A stretch of DNA of 64,000 nt from an uncultured SAR86 cluster bacterium (lineage in GTDB: Bacteria; Pseudomonadota; Gammaproteobacteria; Magnimaribacterales; D2472): assembly GCA_902602185.1 (NCBI GenBank), contig CACKPV010000004.1, positions 13,479 through 77,478 of the forward strand. Reading direction: 5' to 3'. The notes under the pieces are model-generated. The model saw only the letters and a list, made by a program, of their open reading frames with translations, was not told the DNA's origin and did no database searches. How positions within the stretch are numbered: the first letter of the stretch is position 1; every line of letters starts with the position of its first letter. Made by a program: the position numbers and the translations under genes. Shown in pieces: positions 47,061 to 57,632 of the stretch.

Positions 47061-48455
47061 GTGATATTTCCCTCTATTACTGAAGTTGTTCTACGTGATG
47101 GACAACAATCCCTTATTGCATCAAGAATGCGAACAAATGATATGGTGCCTATTTTATCTAAAATGGATCTTGTAGGTTATTCATCTCTTGAAGCCTGGGG
47201 TGGGGCAACTTATGACTGTTGTCTAAGATTCTTAAATGAAGATCCATGGGAAAGACTTAAGACTTTAAAAAAATATCTTAAGCAAACTAAAATACAAATG
47301 CTTTTAAGAGGAAAGAATTTAGTTGGATACAAAAAATATCACGATTCAGTTGTAGAGTTATTTATTAAAACATCTGCAAAAGAGGGTGTAGCAATTTTTA
47401 GAATATTTGATGCATTGAATGATATTGATAATATTGAAAGTTCAATAACTTTTGCTCGAAAACAGGATACAGATGCTCAGGGCACAATTTCTTATACTAC
47501 CAGCCCTATTCATAATCTTAATTACTGGTTGAGGCTTGCTAAAAATATTGAAGATATTGGAGCATCTTCACTTGCTATAAAAGATATGGCTGGTTTATTA
47601 AGACCTAAAACTGCCTATACCTTAATAAAAAAACTAAAAAAGAACTTAAATATACCTATTCATTTACATACACATTCAACAACTGGTTTAGCTGATGCAA
47701 CAAATTTTAAGGCTTTCGAAGCAGGGGTTGATAATATTGATACCTCGATCTCATCATTTAGTAATTTATATGCGCACACTGCTACTGAAAGTATGATTGC
47801 GATGATGTATGACAATCGATCTTCACCATTTAATAATGAATTGTTAACTGAGATCTCAAAGTATTTTGAAAATATTAGAAAAAATTATTCTAAATATGAG
47901 GGTTCAATGAAAGGTATTGATGTGAAAATGTTAACTAATCAAGTACCTGGAGGTATGTTAAGCATTTTAGAAAAACAACTTGTTGATCTAAAGAAACAAC
48001 ATAAGTTAATGGATTTAATTAAAGAAATTCCAAGAATAAGAAAAGATGTTGGTTATATCCCACTTGTAACGCCAACCTCACAAATAGTTGGAGCGCAAGC
48101 TTTGTCAAATATAATTGATGGAGAACGTTACAAAAATCTTAATAAAGAATTTATAGACTTAATTAGAGGTGGTTATGGAAAAATTCCAGGGGTAGTTGAT
48201 TTAGATTTACAAAGAAAGGTAGAAGATTATCAATTACATGAAATTGATCATTTTGATGTTGATATTTTGAAAAAAGATTTTATTTCTTTTTGTGAAGAAA
48301 ATAATTTAAAAAAAATAAAAAACTCAGATACAGATTTATTGAATTTTATTTTATTTCCTGAACAAGCAAAAGATTTCTACCTACAACAAAGAAAACCTTC
48401 TTTTAACGACATTATTGAATTGCAGGAGGGATTTGGTTTTTATTTATCAGATTAA
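47061..48455 (+). CDS. Carboxyltransferase (5S) subunit of the oxaloacetate decarboxylase alpha / pyruvate carboxylase B type, lacking a biotinyl domain
   Basis: GTG start, 464 aa. Blocks seen: LRDGQQSLIASRM, EAWGGATYD, RFLNEDPWERL, RIFDALND, IKDMAGLL and HLHTHSTTGLA. There is no C-terminal AMKM-type biotin attachment motif. Confidence 0.85.
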   Translation: MIFPSITEVVLRDGQQSLIASRMRTNDMVPILSKMDLVGYSSLEAWGGATYDCCLRFLNEDPWERLKTLKKYLKQTKIQMLLRGKNLVGYKKYHDSVVELFIKTSAKEGVAIFRIFDALNDIDNIESSITFARKQDTDAQGTISYTTSPIHNLNYWLRLAKNIEDIGASSLAIKDMAGLLRPKTAYTLIKKLKKNLNIPIHLHTHSTTGLADATNFKAFEAGVDNIDTSISSFSNLYAHTATESMIAMMYDNRSSPFNNELLTEISKYFENIRKNYSKYEGSMKGIDVKMLTNQVPGGMLSILEKQLVDLKKQHKLMDLIKEIPRIRKDVGYIPLVTPTSQIVGAQALSNIIDGERYKNLNKEFIDLIRGGYGKIPGVVDLDLQRKVEDYQLHEIDHFDVDILKKDFISFCEENNLKKIKNSDTDLLNFILFPEQAKDFYLQQRKPSFNDIIELQEGFGFYLSD

Positions 48456-48456
48456 T

Positions 48457-51306
48457 TTATGGATTAATTATTGGGTCAGTACCTAAACCACTTCCATAAA
48501 TTACTGCATTTAACCATAAACGATTTGTACCTCTAGCTGCACCCCTGAAGTTTGGCTCTCCTGAGAACAAAATGATCTGTCCTTTTCCTACTTTTTCACG
48601 GGTTAAATAAGCAGAGTTTGCTATTCTTTGACTGGCTTCTGGCCATACTAAGCCACTCATTTTGATATTTATATCAAAACCAGATGGTATATGAGACCAA
48701 TTAATAACTCTGTTTTCTGTAACTTTTTCATTGGGTATCAATTCACCAATTCTTAATATAGCCTGAGAGTTACTTCCAGTCATTAGAATTGGAAAATTGC
48801 TATATAAAACTGGCATAGTATTTTCAGTTCCAAAAGTTAGCCAATGACTAGTATCAACTCTTGCAGCAACAATAGCACCAGATGGCATTAATAATGATTG
48901 CCATTTATCTCTTTTTTCAAGATCATCTTTTGATAATTTAGTATCAGAGTTTTCCCAAGGATAGGATAAATTATAATTAATTACACCATTGTCTAGATTT
49001 GATATATCAATCTTTTCATATTTTGAGTAAATTTCTCTCATTAAATCTATTTGATAATCATTACTGTTATCAAAAGTTTGAGTTAAATGTTTAACATTCC
49101 CAAATTCATCCATGTTCATTATGGTCCTGGTAGAATTATTGTGAGCTATTAGCGTGCCACCTTGTTTAACCCAATCTATAAGCATTTTTTTAGCATAATC
49201 ACTCAGGTCTGGATTACCACTTGGCAAAATAATAGTGTTATATCTTCTCAAATCTCCATATGCAGTTAAGGCAGAGTTTAATTGACTATGCCTTATCCCA
49301 AGATGATGATCTAACGACCACCAACTTACACCAACATCATAAGAATTAAAATTTTGATGACTCATTATTGCAATTGAAGGTTTTGTAAGTAATCTAAAAT
49401 GTCTTCCACCCCAATCAGGAAGCGCATCAGGTCCAAAACCTGATTCTATTGACATAACAGAAATATTTAAGTTCTTAGCTTCAGAATCAATTAAAAGATG
49501 TAAATTTTTAATATTAGGATTATCCATTGCAACTACTGCAATGCTTCCTCTTGATAGATCATGTCCAGACAGTGTGGAAGCTTTATCAATAATTCTCACT
49601 TGTATATTTTGTTCTAATAATCTGGCAGCAAAAGCAACAGATCTATCATCTGATCCATCAACAGCCCACATAACAGCACCTTTATTAACTTCAACTAATG
49701 GAGTAGGGGAGTTCCATATTTGTAAGTTTTTTGAAATTTTTTGTGGGACAGTTACTGCAGGTAATCCATACATCATAGTAAGATTAAAAGCAGTAGTATC
49801 ATACATTAATGAAGATCCATCTTTAATGCTCTTTTGTTTTTCTTCTATAAGAACTGAATCATCAATATCTGCATCAAACTCTAATATAGCTGAAATGAGT
49901 GGAGCTTCTGGCTGACTATTAGGTATGATCATGCTTCCAACAGGGATTGTAAAAGACTCTTTTACTTCACCATTTTGCAATAATATATCGTTAGCAACAA
50001 TTGACTCAGTGTTTTGATATATTTCAATATCCTGCCTTAAAAGTTTGTCTGCAAGTACATTTAATCTGTTGTGATTTTTAGTTGGAAGAATAACAAAAGA
50101 TCTATTTGCATATTTACTTTCAGAAGACACATTAAACTTTCGACCATCCCAATAATCGTAATACATTTCTTTTGAGTGAGTGTCTAATGTTTTTAGATTG
50201 GAGAAGGTGCTTACATATTGGTGATGAACAGATTCTTTATATGATTGTATTGTACCTTCAGGTCTTCTTACTCCATCTTCAGCCATTCTTGATTGCTCAT
50301 AAAGTATTCCTAATGTTCCACGAAAGGCAACATAAAATGAATAGCCTGGGTATAAATCTTCATGCCACTCGCCTGTGTAGAACCTCCAATTTCTTTTATC
50401 AAATTCGTTACCCTGATCTTTTGCAAATACATTACCCCATTTGATTAAATCGTAGTCAATATTCTTATTTATTGGTTCACGAGCTGGCCCAGTCATAAAT
50501 GTATCTTGTGATCCCATTTCATGAGCATCTACTAGAATTTGTGGTCTCCAAGTATTGATTAAAGCAACTCTACCTTGTGTTTCAGGTTGTGTTAAGTAAA
50601 TCCAATCTCTATTTAAATCAAAATAATAATGATTTGTTCTTCCATAAGGCCAATCTCCCGTATGAATAAGAGATTGATCATCATAATTTGGAGCAACACC
50701 TCTATATTGCTCCAAATTTTTTGCAAACCTAGCTCTTCCATCAGGATTCATTAATGGATCAACAATTATAATCATATCATCCAGTAATTGAATGATTTCT
50801 TGATCTTCACTAGCTATAAGATGATATATGACACCTAATGCAGCATCAGCACCAGAAGTTTCGTTTCCATGAATTGAGTAAGCCATCCAAGCAATGGCAG
50901 GGAGAGATTCAATAATCTTTTTTGCTTCTCTGTCTGAAGTCTCTAGAGGATTTGATAATTTAGCAACGTCTTTTTTAATTTCTTCCAAATTTTTTAAGTT
51001 TTTAGGAGATGAAATAAAAATCGCATGAAGAGGTCTATTTTCATGCGATCTGGCATATTCAACTACTTTTAACTTATTCGATTGAGTTTGCCATTTAGTT
51101 ATAGCACTTGTTATTTGTTCAGGTGTTGCAATTCTCGTAGCATATTCAAAATCTAAAAACTCATCTGGTTTATCAATGCTTGAATCATATTTGCCATCTA
51201 AAATATCAATTTGATATAAATCTTTTGATACGGAAGTTGGCTCCATCAAAGTCGATGCAGTTAAAGAAAAAGATATTAAATATAAAAAGATTAATCTAAA
51301 TTTCAT
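48457..51306 (-). CDS. M14-family zinc carboxypeptidase with long C-terminal extension, secreted
   Basis: 949 aa with a signal peptide. The Zn motif H-x-x-E is in SIHGNETSG. NPDGR and a later VDAHEMG are present. I recognise no motifs in roughly the last 550 aa. Confidence 0.8.
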   Translation of the reverse strand: MKFRLIFLYLISFSLTASTLMEPTSVSKDLYQIDILDGKYDSSIDKPDEFLDFEYATRIATPEQITSAITKWQTQSNKLKVVEYARSHENRPLHAIFISSPKNLKNLEEIKKDVAKLSNPLETSDREAKKIIESLPAIAWMAYSIHGNETSGADAALGVIYHLIASEDQEIIQLLDDMIIIVDPLMNPDGRARFAKNLEQYRGVAPNYDDQSLIHTGDWPYGRTNHYYFDLNRDWIYLTQPETQGRVALINTWRPQILVDAHEMGSQDTFMTGPAREPINKNIDYDLIKWGNVFAKDQGNEFDKRNWRFYTGEWHEDLYPGYSFYVAFRGTLGILYEQSRMAEDGVRRPEGTIQSYKESVHHQYVSTFSNLKTLDTHSKEMYYDYWDGRKFNVSSESKYANRSFVILPTKNHNRLNVLADKLLRQDIEIYQNTESIVANDILLQNGEVKESFTIPVGSMIIPNSQPEAPLISAILEFDADIDDSVLIEEKQKSIKDGSSLMYDTTAFNLTMMYGLPAVTVPQKISKNLQIWNSPTPLVEVNKGAVMWAVDGSDDRSVAFAARLLEQNIQVRIIDKASTLSGHDLSRGSIAVVAMDNPNIKNLHLLIDSEAKNLNISVMSIESGFGPDALPDWGGRHFRLLTKPSIAIMSHQNFNSYDVGVSWWSLDHHLGIRHSQLNSALTAYGDLRRYNTIILPSGNPDLSDYAKKMLIDWVKQGGTLIAHNNSTRTIMNMDEFGNVKHLTQTFDNSNDYQIDLMREIYSKYEKIDISNLDNGVINYNLSYPWENSDTKLSKDDLEKRDKWQSLLMPSGAIVAARVDTSHWLTFGTENTMPVLYSNFPILMTGSNSQAILRIGELIPNEKVTENRVINWSHIPSGFDINIKMSGLVWPEASQRIANSAYLTREKVGKGQIILFSGEPNFRGAARGTNRLWLNAVIYGSGLGTDPIINP

Positions 51307-51324
51307 GAAACTAACTCATTAATT

Positions 51325-51723
51325 TTACTTTGGTTTTGGAAACCAAATCATTACAAGTTGAAAAATTACAATAAAAATATGAAAGATGACTTGAAGTGGT
51401 GAACCAATTGCACCAGGTGCAGAAGCAATTGCTGATAATCTCATTCCTGATGGCGCATCAATTGCAATTAATTGTTCTGTGTAACTTTGCAAGATTCCAC
51501 CACCAATTAAACTTGTATTTAAAAAGAAAAATCCAACAAAAATCACAAAAGTTGAAAGTAAAATTTTGGCAATATTTCTTACAACATCACCTCGATTTAT
51601 GGCAGCTCTTAAACTATTTGCTAGGTTAAAACTAATAAAAGTTAAAAAAATCATCCCAACAAAATATATAGCATTTTGTGTAAATGCCATATACATTAAA
51701 TTTAGTAATTCATATTCACTCAT
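51325..51723 (-). CDS. Hypothetical small membrane protein (132 aa)
   Basis: GGAG precedes the ATG at good spacing. About 3 TM. The layout resembles the 40089-40514 product. Confidence 0.5.
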   Translation of the reverse strand: MSEYELLNLMYMAFTQNAIYFVGMIFLTFISFNLANSLRAAINRGDVVRNIAKILLSTFVIFVGFFFLNTSLIGGGILQSYTEQLIAIDAPSGMRLSAIASAPGAIGSPLQVIFHIFIVIFQLVMIWFPKPK

Positions 51724-51758
51724 AATATATCTCCAATTTATTTATATTATTTATTATA

Positions 51759-52952
51759 TTAAAAAAACCTTTCGGGTCTAAAGTTATTTAGTAAAGGAAT
51801 TTTCGTCTTCTCAACAAGTTCTTTAGCAATATACTTTCCAACAATAGGGGCAAGAGATATAGCACTATGCATACTTGCAAGGTAAATATTAGTGTTGTAA
51901 CTCAGTCTTCCTAATATAGGTTTTTCATCAAGTGGTATTGGCCTCCAACCAATTTTTATTTCCTCAAATTCAAGTTGATTAATTTGGTTAAAAAATTTTT
52001 TTCCTATATTTCTTATCTTATTTATGTATTTTAATTCAACAGATTTTGATTTAAATCTTGGTGGATAATTTTGAGAAGTTTTGAATTCTGACGCAGAAAG
52101 TATGCCTTGTTCTCCAATTATTATTCTGCCATCTTCTTGTTGATAAAAATGTATGCCAGGTCCATAGATAATTCTATTAATTACTGTTTTATATGGTTTA
52201 GATTTAATTATAATTCCAGGAGTAGGGGGTTTGAGAAAAGTTTTATTAAAAATTTTATTAGTATCAATACCACATGCAAATACGACTTGATCAGCTTGAA
52301 TTTCACCTTGAGAAGTATTTATAGACAATATTTTATTCTTATTACTCTTTATATTCTTAAACTCACAATTATTTAATACATTTACACCATTAAACTTAAT
52401 TTTATCTACTAAAACTTGAATAAATTTATCAGTATTTAAAGCAGCATCATCTTCAGAGAAAACAATATTCTCATTTCCAAAGAAGTTAATGTTAGGTTCA
52501 TATGTTGAGGCTTGAATATAATCAATTATGTTGTGCCTTGTATGAGTAGGGTAATCCATAAGATGATTTACATCTTTAATTAAATTCTTTTGAGAATTAA
52601 TAGAATTTGTCCATTCTAAGGATCCATTCCATTTGATTGGGAAATCTAATTCATTCTCAAGTTTTTTGAAATGGGTAATACCTAATTGAGCTAAGTAATT
52701 ATATGCATATGGAGTTTTAGGATATGTAGCATTAATCCAGTTAAAAGAAGATCCTGTTGAACCAGAACCTGGAAATTTTTTATCTATAAGGGTAGTTATT
52801 ACACCAAGTTTAGACAACTCATATGCTATTGTTGTACCAATAATTCCAGCTCCAATCACAACAATTCTTTGATTTGAAAATGAATTTAAACGCAGAAAAG
52901 GGGCATATAGACTTAATATTGCTAATGTTTTTAAAAAATTTCTTCTATCCAT
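51759..52952 (-). CDS. FAD-dependent oxidoreductase (DAO family) with Tat signal
   Basis: The twin-arginine signal is MDRRNFLKTLAIL and the Rossmann motif is VVIGAGIIGTTIAYEL. Confidence 0.8.
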   Translation of the reverse strand: MDRRNFLKTLAILSLYAPFLRLNSFSNQRIVVIGAGIIGTTIAYELSKLGVITTLIDKKFPGSGSTGSSFNWINATYPKTPYAYNYLAQLGITHFKKLENELDFPIKWNGSLEWTNSINSQKNLIKDVNHLMDYPTHTRHNIIDYIQASTYEPNINFFGNENIVFSEDDAALNTDKFIQVLVDKIKFNGVNVLNNCEFKNIKSNKNKILSINTSQGEIQADQVVFACGIDTNKIFNKTFLKPPTPGIIIKSKPYKTVINRIIYGPGIHFYQQEDGRIIIGEQGILSASEFKTSQNYPPRFKSKSVELKYINKIRNIGKKFFNQINQLEFEEIKIGWRPIPLDEKPILGRLSYNTNIYLASMHSAISLAPIVGKYIAKELVEKTKIPLLNNFRPERFF

Positions 52953-53000
52953 AAGATATGCTATTTCGCATAATATATATTATGTTAAATATTTAGTAGA

Positions 53001-53483
53001 TCAGGAGAACCATATATGTTTACCAAATTGATTTGGTTTAACAACTTGATCATTTGACAAATAAAAATCTAATCCATTTAAAACATGTTTCAAATATGAC
53101 TTAAGTAACAAAGGAATAAACAACCTGCTTAAGATACTATTCAGAATTCTGTTCTTTGAAAGTTTAAATTGTGGATTCAACTTTATGGTTAGTTGAGAAC
53201 CATTAGAAAGACTTTTAATTTCCCATTTTACGGAAGATTTAATCTTTCCATAAGTAATTAGTAAATCATAACCTTTACCCTCTCTCCAATTAAAAAATTC
53301 TCTTCTATATGTCCTATCATTTAAATAAGTTAATTCATCAATTGAGTCTTTACCTGGCCAATTTAGAGCAACATTAGATTTGCAGAATGGATGGTAAAGA
53401 TTTAGATTTTCTTTAGCTGAAATAACTCTCCACAGTTCTTCAGATTTTACTCTAAATTTTTTTGAAACTTGGATTGTTTTCAT
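53001..53483 (-). CDS. SRPBCC (START/polyketide-cyclase-like) superfamily protein
   Basis: 160 aa. The N-terminal I.VSKKFRVKSEELWRVIS pattern and the size suggest this fold. This is a weak call. Confidence 0.5.
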   Translation of the reverse strand: MKTIQVSKKFRVKSEELWRVISAKENLNLYHPFCKSNVALNWPGKDSIDELTYLNDRTYRREFFNWREGKGYDLLITYGKIKSSVKWEIKSLSNGSQLTIKLNPQFKLSKNRILNSILSRLFIPLLLKSYLKHVLNGLDFYLSNDQVVKPNQFGKHIWFS

Positions 53484-53521
53484 AATATTAAAATAATTGT
53501 ATTTAATGTATCATACCCACC

Positions 53522-53740
53522 ATGGCAAAAGAAGATAATATCGAATTAGAAGGTCTTGTTATTGAGACTTTGCCTAATACTACTTTCAAAGTTAAATTAG
53601 AAAATGATCATGTGATCACTGCACATATTTCTGGAAAGATGAGAAAAAATTATATAAGGATTTTAACTGGAGATAAGGTTAAAGTTGAAATGTCTCCCTA
53701 TGATCTATCTAAAGGCAGGATTACTTTTAGAGGAAGATAA
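53522..53740 (+). CDS. infA: Translation initiation factor IF-1
   Basis: 72 aa: [72 protein letters not shown]. Confidence 0.97.
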   Translation: MAKEDNIELEGLVIETLPNTTFKVKLENDHVITAHISGKMRKNYIRILTGDKVKVEMSPYDLSKGRITFRGR

Positions 53741-53742
53741 GT

Positions 53743-55983
53743 TTATTTTTTCACTTTTGTTTTAGATTTTATCTCCCTAAATATTACTTTATTGCCTTTG
53801 ATACTTACCTTGATAGAACCACCGTCTTTGTATTTCGAGTCTAAAATTCTATCGACTAGTGGTTTTTTTATTTTCTCGGTGATAAATCTTTCCATAGGTC
53901 TTGCTCCCATTTCAGAATCATAACCATTCTTTGCTACCCATTTAATTAATGTATTATCATAAATTAACTCAATAGCCCTAGGATCAAGTTGAGCTTGCAA
54001 CTGAACAAGGAATTTATCAACAACTGATAATATTACTTCTTCTGATAATGAATTAAATTGAATTATTTCATCCAGCCTATTTCTAAATTCAGGCGAAAAT
54101 AACCTGTTTAAGGTTTCCATAGCATCTGACTTGTTAGATTGCTCATTGAAACCAATATTTCTTTTACTCAGAAGTTCTGCACCTATATTTGTAGTCATTA
54201 TAAGAATGGTATTTCTAAAATCTGCTTTTCTGCCCAGATTATCAGTCAGTACACCAGCATCCATAACCTGAAGGAGTATATTAAATATATCTGGATGAGC
54301 TTTTTCGATTTCGTCTATCAACACAACACTATTAGGATTTTTTGTTATAGCATCTGTTAATAAACCACCTTGATCAGAACCAACATATCCTGGTGGTGCC
54401 CCTATCAATCTCGAAACGGAATGTCTTTCCATATATTCTGACATATCAAACCTTAATAATTGTGTTTCCATGATATTAGCTAATTGTTTGCTAATCTCTG
54501 TTTTACCAACTCCTGTCGGTCCAGTAAACAGAAAAGAACCTATGGTTTTAGTTTCATCTCTTAATCCAACTCTTGATAATTTAATAGCATTAGAAATAAC
54601 ACTAATTGCTTTATCTTGGCCGAAAATGACTCTTTTTAAGTTGGTTTCTATATCATTAAGATTGACAATTTCATCTTTAGAAATATTTTTAGTTGGAATT
54701 TTAGTCATAAAAGAAATTGTATTTTCAATATCTTCACTTGAGATTTTTGTAGTCTTTGAATTTTTTCTTTTTAAGTTTATACAAGCACCAGTTTCATCAA
54801 TTACATCAAATGCTTTATCGGGCAAATATTTATCGTTTATATATTTATTTGATAAATGAACTGCTGACTCAATGGATTCCTTTGAAAAAGATACATTATG
54901 ATAGTTTTCGTATTCACAAATTACACCATTTAAAATTGTTATACATTCATCAACTGTTGGTTCATTTACATCAATTTTTTGAAACCTTCTTGATAAAGCC
55001 TGATTTTTTGTAAAGATATTTCTATACTCTTGATATGTTGTTGATCCAATACACCTAATATTTCCTCTTGCAAGTTCTGGTTTTAAAAGATTTGATACAT
55101 CAACTGAAGAAGAACCAGCTGAACCTGCACCGATGATTGTATGTATTTCATCAATAAATAAAATAGGGTTTTTCTTTTTCTTTAAAAAACTGAGAACCTC
55201 CTTAAGTCGTTTTTCAAAATCTCCTCGATATTTTGTACCAGCAATTAAAGATCCTATATCTAAAGAATAAATTGAATACTCCTTCAATGACTTATATTTT
55301 TTATCATTTAATATTTTAAGAGCTAAGCCATCAACTATTGTAGTTTTACCAACACCTGACTCACCAACAAGAATAGGATTATTTTTATTTTTTCGAGCTA
55401 AGATTTGAATCAATCTATCTAATTCATCAACTCTTCCAATTAATGTATTTAATTTGTTATTTTTAGCTTCATCTAAGAGATTTACTAAGTAATCATTTTT
55501 TATTTTTTTTGTTTTTACTTCTTCAATTGGATCATTTATTTCGTTTTCAGAAGTGACATCTTTTGAAATACCGTGTGAAATAAAATTAACTATATCCAGT
55601 CTAGAAACATTAAATTTATTTAAAAGGAATACAGCATGAGATTCTTTTTCTGAAAAAATTGCCACAAGAACATTTATATGATTAACCAAACCTTTTCCAG
55701 ATGATTGAACATGAAAAACGGATCTTTGAAGGACTCTTTGAAAACCTAGTGTTGGTTGTGCCTGATTTTCTGACTTACTAAAAATAATAGTATCAGTTAA
55801 AAATTCATTAATATCTTGTCTTAATAATTCAACATTACATCTACATTCTGTTAACGCAGTATTGACCTCAGGATCATCCAAAACCATAAGTAGTAAATGC
55901 TCTACAGTTATATATTGAATTTGCGCCTTTGAAGCTTCTTCAAATAATCCTGATATTGATGATTCTAACTCTTTGCTAAACAT
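53743..55983 (-). CDS. clpA: ATP-dependent Clp protease ATP-binding subunit ClpA
   Basis: 746 aa with a Clp N-domain and two AAA+ modules (GESGVGKT and GPTGVGKTE). Confidence 0.95.
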   Translation of the reverse strand: MFSKELESSISGLFEEASKAQIQYITVEHLLLMVLDDPEVNTALTECRCNVELLRQDINEFLTDTIIFSKSENQAQPTLGFQRVLQRSVFHVQSSGKGLVNHINVLVAIFSEKESHAVFLLNKFNVSRLDIVNFISHGISKDVTSENEINDPIEEVKTKKIKNDYLVNLLDEAKNNKLNTLIGRVDELDRLIQILARKNKNNPILVGESGVGKTTIVDGLALKILNDKKYKSLKEYSIYSLDIGSLIAGTKYRGDFEKRLKEVLSFLKKKKNPILFIDEIHTIIGAGSAGSSSVDVSNLLKPELARGNIRCIGSTTYQEYRNIFTKNQALSRRFQKIDVNEPTVDECITILNGVICEYENYHNVSFSKESIESAVHLSNKYINDKYLPDKAFDVIDETGACINLKRKNSKTTKISSEDIENTISFMTKIPTKNISKDEIVNLNDIETNLKRVIFGQDKAISVISNAIKLSRVGLRDETKTIGSFLFTGPTGVGKTEISKQLANIMETQLLRFDMSEYMERHSVSRLIGAPPGYVGSDQGGLLTDAITKNPNSVVLIDEIEKAHPDIFNILLQVMDAGVLTDNLGRKADFRNTILIMTTNIGAELLSKRNIGFNEQSNKSDAMETLNRLFSPEFRNRLDEIIQFNSLSEEVILSVVDKFLVQLQAQLDPRAIELIYDNTLIKWVAKNGYDSEMGARPMERFITEKIKKPLVDRILDSKYKDGGSIKVSIKGNKVIFREIKSKTKVKK

Positions 55984-56300
55984 TATTCCTCACAAGGTTC
56001 TATGATAGATTTTAAAGGATGTTCATTGGTTTGTGCTAGGTTATTTACTTCAAAAGATTTTGTCTCTGCAATTTCTTTTACAAAAATGCCACAATCTGCC
56101 CTACCCTCGTTATGAATTTTCATCATTATGTTATGTGCTAACAAATCATCAAAATTAAAAATTTTTTTTAATATCAATACAACAAAGTCCATAGGTGTAT
56201 AGTCATCATTAAGAAGTACTACCTTATATAAAGGTGGTTTTTTTGTCTGAGTTTTATCTTTGAGACCAAGAGATTCAGAATTTACTTGTGGTAAATTCAC
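55983..56300 (-). CDS. clpS: ClpS adaptor protein
   Basis: GTG start, 105 aa. The conserved core is [20 protein letters not shown], directly upstream of clpA. Confidence 0.93.
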   Translation of the reverse strand: MNLPQVNSESLGLKDKTQTKKPPLYKVVLLNDDYTPMDFVVLILKKIFNFDDLLAHNIMMKIHNEGRADCGIFVKEIAETKSFEVNNLAQTNEHPLKSIIEPCEE

Positions 56301-57550
56301 ATTCTTTTAATCATTTCTTTTGCAAAACCTGAGCAAGAAACCAAAGTTGCCTTTTTCATAAGTCTTTCAAAATCATATGTTACATATTTATCTTTGATAG
56401 TAGATTCAATAGATTGTATCAAGATGTCTGCTGCTTCAGACCAACCAATATGTCTTAACATCATTTCTGCAGATAAAATTAATGATAATGGATTTACTTT
56501 ATCAAGTCCTGCATATTTTGGAGCAGTTCCGTGTGTAGCCTCAAATAAAGCAGAGTCATCACCAATATTTGCTCCTGGCGCAATCCCAATACCTCCAACG
56601 CAAGCTGCAAGTGCATCAGAAAGATAATCACCATTTAAGTTCATTGTTGCGATAACATCATATTCTCTAGGTCTTAATAAAATCTGTTGTAAAAAAGCGT
56701 CAGTAATGACATCTTTTACAATGATCTTTCTTTTAGTATTTGGATTGACGAAGTAATGCCAAGGTCCACCATCAAGATCATCACCCTCAAATTTTTCACG
56801 ACATAACTCGTAACCCCAATCTCGAAAGGATCCTTCCGTAAATTTCATAATGTTACCTTTGTGTACAAGTGTTACAGAGGAACGATCATGTTCAATTGCA
56901 TATTCAAATGCTCTTGAGATTAATCTTTTAGAACCCTCTTCAGAAATAGGCTTTACACCCAAACCTACATTTTTAGGAAAACGTATTTGATCAACAGAAA
57001 AATCTTTTGTCAGAATATTAACTAGTTTATTTGCATCATTACTATCAGCTGCAAATTCAATACCTGCATAGATATCTTCAGAATTCTCTCTAAAAATTAC
57101 CATGTCAACATTTCCAGGTTTTTTTACAGGACTTGGTACACCTTTAAACCATCTAACTGGTCTTAAACAAACATATAAATCCAATAATTGTCTAAGTGAA
57201 ACATTTAAAGATCGAATTCCACCTCCAACGGGTGTAGTTAAAGGTCCTTTAATACCAACACCATACTCTTTTAAAGCATCTATTGTTTCATTAGGAAGCC
57301 ATTCATCTTTTCCATATACTTTAGTAGATTTTTCACCACAATAAATTTCCATCCATGATATTTGTTTTTTTGCACCATAGGCTTTTTTAACTGATTCATC
57401 AACAACAGCAATCATTGCTGGGGTAATATCGGTTCCGATACCATCACCTTCAATAAAAGGAATAATTGGATTTGAAGGAACTTTTACTTTTCCATCAGAA
57501 ACAATAACCTTTTCACCTTTTTTTGGAACTTTAATATGTTTGTAAGACAA
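56297..57550 (-). CDS. icd: NADP-dependent isocitrate dehydrogenase (homodimeric type)
   Basis: TTG start, 417 aa. Blocks seen: [31 protein letters not shown], and HGTAPKYAG. Confidence 0.95.
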   Translation of the reverse strand: MSYKHIKVPKKGEKVIVSDGKVKVPSNPIIPFIEGDGIGTDITPAMIAVVDESVKKAYGAKKQISWMEIYCGEKSTKVYGKDEWLPNETIDALKEYGVGIKGPLTTPVGGGIRSLNVSLRQLLDLYVCLRPVRWFKGVPSPVKKPGNVDMVIFRENSEDIYAGIEFAADSNDANKLVNILTKDFSVDQIRFPKNVGLGVKPISEEGSKRLISRAFEYAIEHDRSSVTLVHKGNIMKFTEGSFRDWGYELCREKFEGDDLDGGPWHYFVNPNTKRKIIVKDVITDAFLQQILLRPREYDVIATMNLNGDYLSDALAACVGGIGIAPGANIGDDSALFEATHGTAPKYAGLDKVNPLSLILSAEMMLRHIGWSEAADILIQSIESTIKDKYVTYDFERLMKKATLVSCSGFAKEMIKRM

Positions 57551-57632
57551 CTTATGACCTCTATAATTTAATAAAAATACGATGTGAATTATACTCTAAA
57601 TATAATTTTTTTTATGAATTTGATCTAAAGAA

